A stretch of DNA of 64,000 nucleotides, taken from NCBI GenBank assembly GCA_000146045.2, contig BK006940.2, positions 32,001 to 96,000 on the forward strand, given 5' to 3'. The translations under genes and the position numbers were made by a program. Position 1 is the stretch's first letter, and each line of letters opens with the position of its first letter. Source of the DNA: TPA_inf: Saccharomyces (lineage: Eukaryota). The notes beneath the pieces were generated by a model. It did no database searches. It was not told the origin of the DNA and saw only the letters and a list, made by a program, of their open reading frames with translations. Positions 47,344 to 58,985 of this stretch are shown here, piece after piece.

Positions 47344-48213
47344 TTATATACCAATCTCTTTGTCAGGAATTTGATTATCACGTTTCAACCATTCTAGTGC
47401 TAATGGATGCAAACTATTCACTTTACTAATAACAACCTTATTGTTGTCATTTTCAAAGGCCACTTGTCCATTAACTTTAGCATTGACCACTTCAGAGAAC
47501 TCTACGTCTTTCTGATAATCTAAATTATCCACAATCTTACCTGATTTCATATGGTATACTTGGTTAGGCCATTTGGCCAAGCCGTCAAAAATATGTGTAG
47601 CGTAGACCACTGAGCATCTTCTGGTTTCGGTCTCCCACTTTAAAAACTCCAGAAGTCTTGCTCTGGCAATAACATCGAGATCCACAGTGACCTCATCAAG
47701 TAGTAAAACTCTCCAAGGTTTCAAGAGCCCCATGGCTAACTGAACTCTTCTCTTTTGTCCATCACTTAACCTGTGCATTCTCCAACGTACATCGATGTCC
47801 AGGATTCTAACCAATCTTTCACCTCTTTCCCTAAAATGATCGAATCCAATACTTTTTAATAGTTCCAAGACGCCGATATCCCTATTAATGATACTCATAT
47901 GGCACCATTCCGTACCTAGATAAGTGGTCGTTTGGTAGTTCGTCGAATCTTCAACACTTTCATCATCGTCCACTTGATTCATAGATAATGGACTGAATGG
48001 ATCAAGACCATTGACCAGGATTTTTCCATCAAGGCAAAGATGCTTACCGCTTAGTAATTTCAAAAGGGTGGATTTACCAGCACCATTGGCACCCACAACT
48101 AAAGATCTTGTATTCCATGGGATTTGAAGATTGATATCAACAACTGACGGATCGGAGCTTTCTTTGAATTTGTACGTTAGGTTACGCACCTCAATAGCAA
48201 ATTGGGAAACCAT
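47344..48213 (-). CDS. CAF16: ABC-type ATPase (non-transporter), CCR4-NOT associated
   Basis: 289 aa. Walker A GANGAGKST, ABC signature LSDGQKRR, and Walker B LLLDE. Confidence 0.9.
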   Translation of the reverse strand: MVSQFAIEVRNLTYKFKESSDPSVVDINLQIPWNTRSLVVGANGAGKSTLLKLLSGKHLCLDGKILVNGLDPFSPLSMNQVDDDESVEDSTNYQTTTYLGTEWCHMSIINRDIGVLELLKSIGFDHFRERGERLVRILDIDVRWRMHRLSDGQKRRVQLAMGLLKPWRVLLLDEVTVDLDVIARARLLEFLKWETETRRCSVVYATHIFDGLAKWPNQVYHMKSGKIVDNLDYQKDVEFSEVVNAKVNGQVAFENDNNKVVISKVNSLHPLALEWLKRDNQIPDKEIGI

Positions 48214-48418
48214 CTTGAGAGTTATCTAATATCTTGATATCTTATGCAGGAGTACTGGTTTTCTCCATACTAAAAATCTCTCTTTCAGAATTTTCGTTTT
48301 TTCTTATTTGAGTCATCCTCGAAGAAATTTCCGCAGCGAATTTTAAAGAAGCACTTTATAATAATACCTTACATATGAGTTTGTTTCTATGTCATGGGTA
48401 TATAAGGTATATTGTATG

Positions 48419-49912
48419 CTATCTAGTTGGATGCCCCAGTTTCAAAATGTCCCTAATCGGATCCACCCAGATGTGACTAACGTGGTGCAAATTTATATTT
48501 ATATGTGATAAGTCTTTCAACTTTGTGGAGATCATGTAACGTAGATTGAGTACTAAACTCAACGACCTTGTAGTCCGTAATTGGTACAGGATAGCTACAA
48601 TCCCGATAAGTAAAGAAATTTTGCTCCACCTGTTATATTTGGAGGGTAAAAAATGGCCAAGTCTTTGGACCAACGCCCTTGTCTTGGATCTGGCGGCGAC
48701 ACCATGATACTTTTCTTCCTTGTAATGCTCGTTCATCTTTGTTTGTTCGCTCAAATAGAAGATAATGGTGCTCATATCGAAGCATCCTGGCTTTCCACAT
48801 GCTGTATTGAGTAATGCACTATATTTATTAAGACTCACCCGTTTCAAAGCCTTCTTGCTGGCAGTAGTCGCATCTTTTCTAGTTATTTGCAAGACTTCTT
48901 CCCAAAGCGCCTCATCATACAGTTTTTTCTGTAAAACTGTTTGTATAGCACCATGGCGCAGGTCAAAATCGTTCTCGAAGAAATCAGAATTAGCTTCTAT
49001 TTGCTTCGAAATTTCAGACGCATTTTGCAATAGCAGGTTCTTGTATATGATCAAAGGTAAACGCATAGATTGCATCGATATTGTCATGTCAAATATCTGG
49101 AAAAGAATTTTATGAAGATTGTTGTCACCGCTATCTATAGGTTTCAAATTATGTGCAAAGATTGTCAATATTGACCCAATAGCGAAAAGGGGCTCATTTT
49201 CGTCAAATTTGAATAGATTATAGAATTTCATGTTTGATTCCTTTATCAATGAAGAGATTACTCTCAATTGCTCAAATGAAAAATCTAGTGAGTTCATCAT
49301 GAAATCCCTCAGATATAATAGGGTAAATGCTTCGATGCAATAAAACAGCCTTTCCATATCAATTTCTTCTTGCAATGAGAGATTTTCTAGTTCCAGTCCG
49401 TTCTCTTTTGTGACATTCCAACTAAAACACATGATGAAAACAGACACAATATCATGATAACCTTGGTAATAGTTCAACGTTGGGTACTTTCTCAATACCC
49501 GAGTAATTAACTCCACCAGTAGTTTTCTCAATTGCAGTTTCAAGTTTTTGTCGACAATTCCACCAAAAGACCTTTCTGCATCCAATATCACCTGACCTTC
49601 ATCTTTATGTTTTTCCACTGGTGTAATGTACTCTGTTGCATCATCAATAAGCAACTGGGACGCCAATAATTCATACCAACAATCTTTTCTTAATGAGTTG
49701 TTTACAAACCCCAGAGGCCCTAAACCTATGTACCTCAAAGCTCGGACATCTTTTTTCTCTAATAACTTTGATATAACTTTTCCTTTTTGTTCTTCTGCCT
49801 TTCCACTGTCACAACGAGAAAGTGATTCCAGATATGCGTTATAACCTCCCCTTGTCAACGCGTCTTTGTCGTGGCTACTCTGATTAGTATGAAATAATGA
49901 CCTTAATGGCAT
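48419..49912 (-). CDS. GYP8: TBC-domain Rab GTPase-activating protein with C-terminal TM anchor
   Basis: 497-aa ORF. I did not pick out the TBC catalytic motifs by eye. The call rests on size, the hydrophobic C-terminal segment (…ISLLIGIVAILYQL…), and position between CAF16 and STE2 (YFL027C). Confidence 0.8.
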   Translation of the reverse strand: MPLRSLFHTNQSSHDKDALTRGGYNAYLESLSRCDSGKAEEQKGKVISKLLEKKDVRALRYIGLGPLGFVNNSLRKDCWYELLASQLLIDDATEYITPVEKHKDEGQVILDAERSFGGIVDKNLKLQLRKLLVELITRVLRKYPTLNYYQGYHDIVSVFIMCFSWNVTKENGLELENLSLQEEIDMERLFYCIEAFTLLYLRDFMMNSLDFSFEQLRVISSLIKESNMKFYNLFKFDENEPLFAIGSILTIFAHNLKPIDSGDNNLHKILFQIFDMTISMQSMRLPLIIYKNLLLQNASEISKQIEANSDFFENDFDLRHGAIQTVLQKKLYDEALWEEVLQITRKDATTASKKALKRVSLNKYSALLNTACGKPGCFDMSTIIFYLSEQTKMNEHYKEEKYHGVAARSKTRALVQRLGHFLPSKYNRWSKISLLIGIVAILYQLRTTRSLSLVLNLRYMISTKLKDLSHININLHHVSHIWVDPIRDILKLGHPTR

Positions 49913-50350
49913 CGTATTTTGTTAATTGGCTTGTTCTATGTCATTTGCTAAATTTTCTCTTTATTTCTTTACTTTGCCAATTCAAGATAATCTTCCCTTC
50001 CCAGAGAGAAAAAAGGAAAAATTTAGCTATGAAACCTCAATAAGCTTTTTAATACACCAAAGATTCAAGATAAGAGCATAGAACGAACTGTAGAATAGTC
50101 CGGATATGTTATCCAATGCCTGCCAAAATGCATTGTCACACGCTGTAGTGCTCGAATAGGTGTTGCAATCCGTCAATATACGTCTTGCTCTGTGGGTAAA
50201 TGTCTCGTGCATTAAGACAGGCTAGTATAAACGAGAAGAAGTATCCTGCTTTGCAATGAAACAATAGTATCCGCTAAGAATTTAAGCAGGCCAACGTCCA
50301 TACTGCTTAGGACCTGTGCCTGGCAAGTCGCAGATTGAAGTTTTTTCAAC

Positions 50351-50381
50351 CATGTAAATTTCCTAATTGGGTAAGTACATG
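50351..50381 (+). promoter_or_regulatory. alpha2-Mcm1 a-specific-gene operator upstream of STE2
   Basis: CATGTAAATTTCCTAATTGGGTAAGTACATG has a central Mcm1 P-box CCTAATTGGG (CC(A/T)6GG) flanked by inverted alpha2 half-sites CATGTAA…TACATG. It lies about 200 bp upstream of the STE2 ATG. Pheromone-response elements TGAAACA occur at 50257..50263 and 50383..50389. Confidence 0.85.
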
Positions 50382-50579
50382 ATGAAACACATATGAAGAA
50401 AAAAGCTTTCCTACATATTCAAGATTTTTTTCTGTGGGTGGAATACTATTTAAGGAGTGCTATTAGTATCTTATTTGACTTCAAAGCAATACGATACCTT
50501 TTCTTTTCACCTGCTCTGGCTATAATTATAATTGGTTACTTAAAAATGCACCGTTAAGAACCATATCCAAGAATCAAAA

Positions 50580-51875
50580 ATGTCTGATGCGGCTCCTTCA
50601 TTGAGCAATCTATTTTATGATCCAACGTATAATCCTGGTCAAAGCACCATTAACTACACTTCCATATATGGGAATGGATCTACCATCACTTTCGATGAGT
50701 TGCAAGGTTTAGTTAACAGTACTGTTACTCAGGCCATTATGTTTGGTGTCAGATGTGGTGCAGCTGCTTTGACTTTGATTGTCATGTGGATGACATCGAG
50801 AAGCAGAAAAACGCCGATTTTCATTATCAACCAAGTTTCATTGTTTTTAATCATTTTGCATTCTGCACTCTATTTTAAATATTTACTGTCTAATTACTCT
50901 TCAGTGACTTACGCTCTCACCGGATTTCCTCAGTTCATCAGTAGAGGTGACGTTCATGTTTATGGTGCTACAAATATAATTCAAGTCCTTCTTGTGGCTT
51001 CTATTGAGACTTCACTGGTGTTTCAGATAAAAGTTATTTTCACAGGCGACAACTTCAAAAGGATAGGTTTGATGCTGACGTCGATATCTTTCACTTTAGG
51101 GATTGCTACAGTTACCATGTATTTTGTAAGCGCTGTTAAAGGTATGATTGTGACTTATAATGATGTTAGTGCCACCCAAGATAAATACTTCAATGCATCC
51201 ACAATTTTACTTGCATCCTCAATAAACTTTATGTCATTTGTCCTGGTAGTTAAATTGATTTTAGCTATTAGATCAAGAAGATTCCTTGGTCTCAAGCAGT
51301 TCGATAGTTTCCATATTTTACTCATAATGTCATGTCAATCTTTGTTGGTTCCATCGATAATATTCATCCTCGCATACAGTTTGAAACCAAACCAGGGAAC
51401 AGATGTCTTGACTACTGTTGCAACATTACTTGCTGTATTGTCTTTACCATTATCATCAATGTGGGCCACGGCTGCTAATAATGCATCCAAAACAAACACA
51501 ATTACTTCAGACTTTACAACATCCACAGATAGGTTTTATCCAGGCACGCTGTCTAGCTTTCAAACTGATAGTATCAACAACGATGCTAAAAGCAGTCTCA
51601 GAAGTAGATTATATGACCTATATCCTAGAAGGAAGGAAACAACATCGGATAAACATTCGGAAAGAACTTTTGTTTCTGAGACTGCAGATGATATAGAGAA
51701 AAATCAGTTTTATCAGTTGCCCACACCTACGAGTTCAAAAAATACTAGGATAGGACCGTTTGCTGATGCAAGTTACAAAGAGGGAGAAGTTGAACCCGTC
51801 GACATGTACACTCCCGATACGGCAGCTGATGAGGAAGCCAGAAAGTTCTGGACTGAAGATAATAATAATTTATGA
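50580..51875 (+). CDS. STE2: Alpha-factor pheromone receptor (class D GPCR)
   Basis: 431 aa, MSDAAPSLSNLFYDPTYNPGQSTINYTS…, with seven TM helices and a Ser/Thr-rich C-terminal tail. Confidence 0.97.
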   Translation: MSDAAPSLSNLFYDPTYNPGQSTINYTSIYGNGSTITFDELQGLVNSTVTQAIMFGVRCGAAALTLIVMWMTSRSRKTPIFIINQVSLFLIILHSALYFKYLLSNYSSVTYALTGFPQFISRGDVHVYGATNIIQVLLVASIETSLVFQIKVIFTGDNFKRIGLMLTSISFTLGIATVTMYFVSAVKGMIVTYNDVSATQDKYFNASTILLASSINFMSFVLVVKLILAIRSRRFLGLKQFDSFHILLIMSCQSLLVPSIIFILAYSLKPNQGTDVLTTVATLLAVLSLPLSSMWATAANNASKTNTITSDFTTSTDRFYPGTLSSFQTDSINNDAKSSLRSRLYDLYPRRKETTSDKHSERTFVSETADDIEKNQFYQLPTPTSSKNTRIGPFADASYKEGEVEPVDMYTPDTAADEEARKFWTEDNNNL

Positions 51876-52144
51876 TCAAAATTTACGGCTTTGAAAAAGT
51901 AATTTCGTGACCTTCGGTATAAGGTTACTACTAGATTCAGGTGCTCATCAGATGCACCACATTCTCTATAAAAAAAAATGGTATCTTTCTTATTTGATAA
52001 TATTTAAACTCCTTTACATAATAAACATCTCGTAAGTAGTGGTAGAAACCACCTTTGCTTTTACGAGTTCAAGCTTTTTTCTTGCCATGATCTAGAACTC
52101 TCAGGCAATATATACAGTTAATCTTTTTTTACTGGGTTGTAGTT

Positions 52145-55100
52145 CTAATGTATTGTTTCGAAAAATAGCAACCAGGCACATATTATGTTCACCAAGTGGT
52201 GTATCCAGTACAGATTTCTTATTCCATAAATGAAACTGAAAACGGTTAAGTACACAAATAAAATGATGGTAACTTTACCATCCCACGTGTCTAAAGGTAC
52301 GCTGTTTGGCATTTTGAAAATAGAATTATTTCCAACCAAAAAAATAATTGGTGCCACTGCTAGTATATTGTGATGGGATCTAAATGAAGTTTCCCATTTG
52401 ATGGCAACATTATGCAGGAAAACAATAATGATAGGGATGTTAATGGCACTAACAAATAATAAAAGCAGAAGCAACGTCATATTATAATTTAGTAAGTTCA
52501 ATTTCTGCTCGTTGTTTGATAGTTTCAACAGCGCTACTCTAATGCAGGTAGCAATTTGGATTACTAATGAGATAACAAACGCCATCTGGTATGGTATGTG
52601 AAAAAATACCAACAGTAATAAAAGCACAGATGCCATTAATCTTCCCTTACCATACGCTTTATGTTCAATAGTATCAAAAGCCTCTTTATCTTCAGTGTTT
52701 TTCTTTGATAACTTCCGTTGAAGGAATATTACTAAAATTTCCAAGGATCCAAAAATCTTAGAAACTAGTGCTAGTAATCCAACTGTCATAACCCCAAAGA
52801 GAATTCCAATAGTTGACATAAACCAATCTCTGATCCCCAAATAATAAAAATTTGCATGCATGTTTCTCTCGGATAGCAGAAATGGATAATTTAAACCGAC
52901 AGGATCCAATAAATAAAGTATTCGTTGTACCAACTTATTATTAACCACAGGCGAAGCTAAGAACAGCGTAAAAAACATTAATATTCCGTGCTTTCTTAAA
53001 ATATATCCCAAAGTGCTATCAAAGGAAGGAAACTCAGATGTCTTGTTGTACCAGTAGAACTGGTATGACAGTACGAGTGCTATAAACGCGACTGGAAAAG
53101 ATGCTAGTGCTAATCTGTACCTGATAAACAGCATTTTCAAAGTTAAAGACCAATTAATAGTCATTTTAGCTTCTAAGGACATTCCGGGTGGAATAAAAAA
53201 ACTTAATTGTAGCGATCTCGGTTCGCTTTCATTTAATGGGATAAACGGTGCTACATTATGCATATTTATATCGAGACTTTTGTTTATAATATTTAGATGC
53301 CATTTAGACTCGAAAGGTTCGTAAACCCATTGCCTTATGAAAGGCTGAAACAATGTCTCTTCGGAAGCAATACCTTCGTTGCTTGCCTCAATCTTGGTTT
53401 CTAATTTGTACGATAATAAAGAATCCCACAAATTACTGAAACTTATAACCTGCTCGATGTCTTTGCCATCCAAGTGTAGTTGTTCTCCAAAGAGCAATAT
53501 TTGAGAAGGTGTAGTATTGACTATTTGTACATTGGAGACGTTGCGCAGTAATGCCAAAAGAAACCCCTGATTGTCCTCCATGCCTTCTTGTTCTGAAAAT
53601 TCACCGTAAGTGGGTTTGCTTATCATCAAGTAGTCGTACTTCTGTAGTATATTCTTGCCAACACTAACGGCTTTAAACGGATTTTTTGCTTCTCCAAAAG
53701 AAGAATCAGCTGCGAACTGAGTATCTTTTGAAGACCTGGGCACTGTTAGAATACTATCAACAGCTGTTATACAGCTTAGATTCACCCTGGACTCTGTACA
53801 GAAATAGATCATAGGCATATCGAGACTAGTTAATAATGTGAAATGCAGGTGTTCAGTGGAGGAGATGTTACTCGGAATATTTATTTTTGTATAATTGTTG
53901 TGCCACTTTTCCAGGTTAAACATTTCAAAATCTAGGACATCGTTCATTTCCAAAGTAGCGTAATCAGAAAAGAAGTTGTCACTAAATTCTTGTAAGTTTT
54001 CTTGAGGATAATTTAACTTACTATTCATCCATGAGTAGTCTTCAAACCCTGAAAGCAATAGTTTTCTAGCGATTTGCAATCTCTGATTCAATGGCTTAAC
54101 TTTTTCAGGTTTGGAGGCATCTATACTTTCCAATAAAAGGCGCGCTAGTACCTCTCTTAATTGCTTGCACCAAACAATGGCTAAATGATCAATTGGAGTC
54201 CAAACATCTGGAATAGTAGTTGTGAAGCTGGTGAACCCATTTTCTAAGCTAACCAAATCTTCTACAGATGCATAATCTGCAGGTAAAGTAGTATCCAATA
54301 TACCGCCTGTAATGGAAACCAATGAAATGTTCTTAGAGAAAAAAGAATCGTTTTGGGATAACTGCTTTCTCCAATATTCGTTTGTATTTTTGTAAAGCTT
54401 TAAAATGTCACCATCAAAGGTTACTGGTGAAGCAGCATGAGGTGATGATAAGGTCAATATGGTGCTTATACTTCCCGGTACGTGGTTCTTCAAAGTTAGC
54501 ATGACCCTGGATACAATACCGCCCATGGAATGTCCCACGATAATAACTGACTGCGGTTTTGGATGTGGGTAATCAGGGGTCCTTTCGTAAAGAGACAAGA
54601 TGTACTTAATGGCATCATTTAGGTATTCAGCTTGATCAAGCATTGTTTCACCATGAAACGCAGTGAAATCTTCATTGAAATCTGCCGTAAAGAAGTCCAA
54701 ATTTCGCACATTTTCGTTACGCAGAGTCGCCCTGGTATTGGAATCAAAATATATATTGGAGCAAGCGGAAGCAATCGATCTGCATTGCCTAAAAGAACCT
54801 GCATTTCCGGGTATAAAAAGTACAGGGATACCATCAAGTTGTAACTCATCACCATTTAAAGGTTCTCGGTCTACGCTTTGTTCTCGATACAAGTAAAGAT
54901 GATACTTGTGTGCCAGTGGTGTATACCTCTCGTCAAATCCATCGATCCTTGCGTAAGATGGAAACATATAGATAGATTCACACTGAGGAGCATCTGCACC
55001 ATTAAAAGGTTTCAGTAGCGATATCAATAAAAGCGAGCAAATGCTTAAAATGCCAAGAATAGAGAAAAGGCGATATGTGTAAGGTTTTTTTGCTATCTTA

Positions 55101-55234
55101 TCATTGTTCATATATTTGGGGGAAGCTTTATCCTGGTCTTCACGCGTAGCGAGTACTCTCGAGTATTGACCAGATGAGTTAACTTTATTAATTATGGGCC
55201 GCGTTATAACACTAACTAATCTCCTGATACCCAT
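52145..55234 (-). CDS. BST1: GPI inositol deacylase (PGAP1-like lipase), ER membrane
   Basis: The open frame runs to 55339, giving 1064 aa. The sequence [17 protein letters not shown]… begins at the internal ATG at 55234, giving 1029 aa. Lipase motif GHSMGG and multiple C-terminal TM helices. Confidence 0.88.
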
Positions 55235-55846
55235 AACGAAATGAAGATTTTTGTATGATGGTAAGCCTAAGATATAGGCCAATGCTTTAAAGTAGAGGGA
55301 GTATTTCGAGTGTGAATTTACTATCAGATGGAACTGCAAGGAATGTGTTGAGACTCATTTTTACTTTTTCTTGTTATGACTTGGTTGGTATATTTAGACC
55401 TTTTTCAAAATTCGCGCCATACAGGAAAAAAAAATGGATAATAAGAAGAAATGCATTTATTTGAGGGTACCTAGTGAGTTATGCAATTGTCTATATAAGA
55501 GTATGAATCTAACTTAAATACATCAAGCATTTGGGATGAAATCATGCGAAAAATCAAAAGGTCACAACCGTGTGAAATGGAAATTAAAAAAAACGTTAAA
55601 AATATGTAGTCTTGTGAAGGTGATAATATTACAGCCGGATGATACTTGCTATTTTTCTTTTGAAATTTATTGTAGTTATCTTTTTTTGTTTTTTGTTTTT
55701 TTTCATTATTATTGCGTTATCGGTGTTCATTTCGGTGATTTGAATCTTCAGTAATGTTGCCTCGACTTTCGTAGTAAACTTTGAATGTCAGGTTTGTTAA
55801 ATGCCAATGCGTAGAAAGATGTTCGAGAGGTACAAAGTTGTGCTGC

Positions 55847-58345
55847 TCATGATGAATTTTTCTGGGTTATAGAAGAGTTCTGTTTCGCTTCTGAATTGAT
55901 TAACGAATCATTTAATTTTTTTAGGGAGTTCGAAGAATTTGAATTATTGTTCTGTGATTTCTGCTTTTGTTGTTGTGCTTGCTGCTGTTGCTGCTGCTGC
56001 TGTTGTTGTTGCTGTTGTAAATGTTGTATATGCTTTTGTTTCAGTCTGGTGATATAGTCCCTACGATACTTTATGGTGGCTTCCCTTAATTGTTCGTAGG
56101 ACTTCGTACCCAACATTGTTCCGAATCTAATCACCTGAGTATCATTTGAAATCTGGTTAAGTCTTGCCGGTTCATCTGAAAACTTGATCCCATATTCATT
56201 TTGTGGAGAATCATACTTCCACTTGTCGTAAAGTCTGACAAATTCGTCGTATTTGGAATCGTAAACATTAATCGAGTCAGTATCGTTACTACCTTCTCTT
56301 GAATATTGTTCTTTTTCGATTGAATCGAAATCTACAAAATCCATTAAAGAACATGCAGACTTGGTCGACGATGTTGTAAAATTTGGCATACGATCAACAT
56401 ACTTAATATTAGATCTACCAACTCTCTTCCTGAATTTTATTGGATACTCTCTCGAATGAATTTCCAAATTTTCTTGGAATGGGTCGTACAGTTCAGTTTT
56501 TTTGATTCTTTTGGTATCCAAGTTGTAATTATCTTTGTTTCTCGAACGGCCATTTGAATCATATATTCTGATGTCATCAGATATCCCCTTCAAGTATTCT
56601 GGTAAATGTGAAGAATAAAAAGATCTATCTATCTGAAACTTGGATGACGCGATAGATGCAAAGGGAACATTACTAGTCGAAAAATTTTTAGGCAACGACA
56701 TGTCAAATACAGGATTAAAGGGATCGTCCGTTAAGTTGAAAAAGACATCTGCGTCTTCAATTTTCCGTTTCTCCATCTTTTCCTGAACGAACTTTCTTGC
56801 ATTTTTTTCTTTGCTGTTCAATAGAGCATCCACGTCTTCCAATACAATGTCAGGAATTTTGGAAGATGGTAGTTTGACATAAACATGAGACGTAATTGGC
56901 TGTGATGTTGAAGAAGAGGATGCATTCGCGAGTTGCTTTCCGTTTTCAGTCTTAAGGGCATTTTGCTGTTGTTGTTGTTGTTGCTGTAACAGTTGCTGCT
57001 GTTGCTGCTTGGTGAGCCTAGAAGATTTGTCTTCAAGTTGGTTATTCCTTTTATTGTTCTTTGCCTTCGCTGCCGCTGCTGCAGCAGCTGCTCTCTTAAG
57101 TTCAGCTTTCCTTAGTTCAGCTTCCCTTTGTTCGACCGTAACAATCGTGGGGCGTTTTCTCTTGTGGTTAATCAAGTCATCGTCTTCTCCACTAATGTTC
57201 AAAGATCTTTTCAAATTCTTAATTTTTACCCTTTGATCGAATATTTTTAATTCATCATTAATCCAATTTAGGGAAACGTTCTCACGTTTAGCAACAAGCA
57301 GGGCCAAGTCCTTCGCGTTTTTCAATTCTTGATGCAACGCCCTTAAACGCTGACTGTTTAAGATATCTATACGTCTTGTTTTCCGCGGATGTCTCACTTC
57401 TCTTCTTCTGAAACAGACGTAGGGATCAATCTCTTCTTTTTCACCCGGCCTTTCAAATTTCAGCTGCGGAAAAATTTCGTACCCGTTAACTTCAATTTTT
57501 CTTTCTCTCCAATAATCATAAATTTTAGAGCCGAACTTCTCTATCAGCTGAATTAAAGGTCTCGTATTCATTTGAGATACGGGGTCGAATTGTGTGATAA
57601 AATGTGTTTTATGAGAATTTATTTCATGATTCAGCTGGTTTCTTAGATTGAAATCAGCCATATCTGATTTTATTAATGTGGGCTTCAATTCTTCAAAAGA
57701 AAGTATACTTTCCGGATCCATACTCAAGAATGGTTGACGCTCGTGAATAGCATGTTCAAAACTGGAACAAAGTATTTCAAATTCGTCTTCAGTTAAAATG
57801 TCTGATGAACCTTTGTTGACTTGTTCATTTAAAAAGGTCTCATCTCTTTCATCCATATTGTAGTTGGTACCACAGCAATCCTCCACAGTGGCAGAAAATT
57901 TGATGTAGCTGGTGGTCTCCTGGAAACTGCCCGTATAAAACTTATCATATTCATTCCAAGTCATAGAAGCATCCGGGGTCGGAATATAGTCTTTGTGCTT
58001 TGTATGACCAGAACCCATTTGTAATATTCGATGCAAATGGACCTCCTTTTCTTCATTTTTTTCTACACCAGTTTCGATCTCAACCACCTCTCTCTGTTGC
58101 AATTCATCTTTATCCAGGTGTTTCAGATCGTTAGGCAGATATATCTTAAGATGTTGCTTCACAGATATTTTTCGATGTCTAAATCGACTATTACTGCTAC
58201 CAGCACTGGCTCCAGCACCTGAATCGCCTTTTGAGAATGAATCTAGACCGTCATCGTGCGCACTCCTAGATCCAGACCGCCTAGTGCTTCTACCAGATTT
58301 ATGCGAACCGTCATTGATCTCTATAGCGTTTGAAGGTGTCGGCAT
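55847..58345 (-). CDS. EPL1: Enhancer-of-Polycomb-like NuA4 histone acetyltransferase subunit
   Basis: 832 aa. EPc-N-like N-terminal half, then a C-terminal half with poly-Q and poly-A tracts and an Asn/Ser-rich tail. Confidence 0.9.
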
Positions 58346-58985
58346 CGTTATTATCGTTATTTGCTAATGTTATTACAATGTTTTTATAAGCACGTGACTA
58401 TAATGTTACCCTATCGTGTGCAATTTTTATTTATGTTGACCTGAAGTCCGCAGTTGCCGTACAATGTGAGAATATGGACAAAAGGAAGGCGAGGGTGGCA
58501 AAAAGAGGAGTCAAAAATAGATAGCGTTTATTTTATTATAGCAGCTCAGAGGAACGCGATGTGGTGTAATAATATTGCGAGTGTCTAATGACCACCAGAA
58601 TACGAGCACAGTTTTGGCTGATTTTTGCAAACTTTTTTGCTTTTGTGTAGTAACCTCTCACAGGTATTGCTTGTATGCTATACCATGTGATATGTAATAG
58701 TACAATTTTGTGGTCGGATCGTGCTTTTGCCACCCGCGGCCGACGGAGAAAATTTTTTTCCTCTATCCCTTTGTTTCTCGCTTACTCCTGCGGTATGGGG
58801 TGCTAACTATGGTGAGCGAGTATGGGAAGAAGTAGCGATATACGGGTAACCCTAATGTTTGGGTGTTTTGAAATTTATCCTTGGAGGATAGGCGATGAGC
58901 TGCTCTTAAAGGTTTTAACAGAGAGTGTTGTATGAATATTCTGTAGAATTTTATAGTAAACAGGTATCCTCAGACTGTAATAGCC

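Noticed and set aside
55235-55339. In-frame 35-codon N-terminal extension of BST1 ([35 protein letters not shown]-)
   Set aside because: The characterised protein begins MGIRRLVSV… at the internal ATG (55234). The extension adds no signal-peptide-like or conserved features and is probably just an open reading-frame run-on into the 5' leader.
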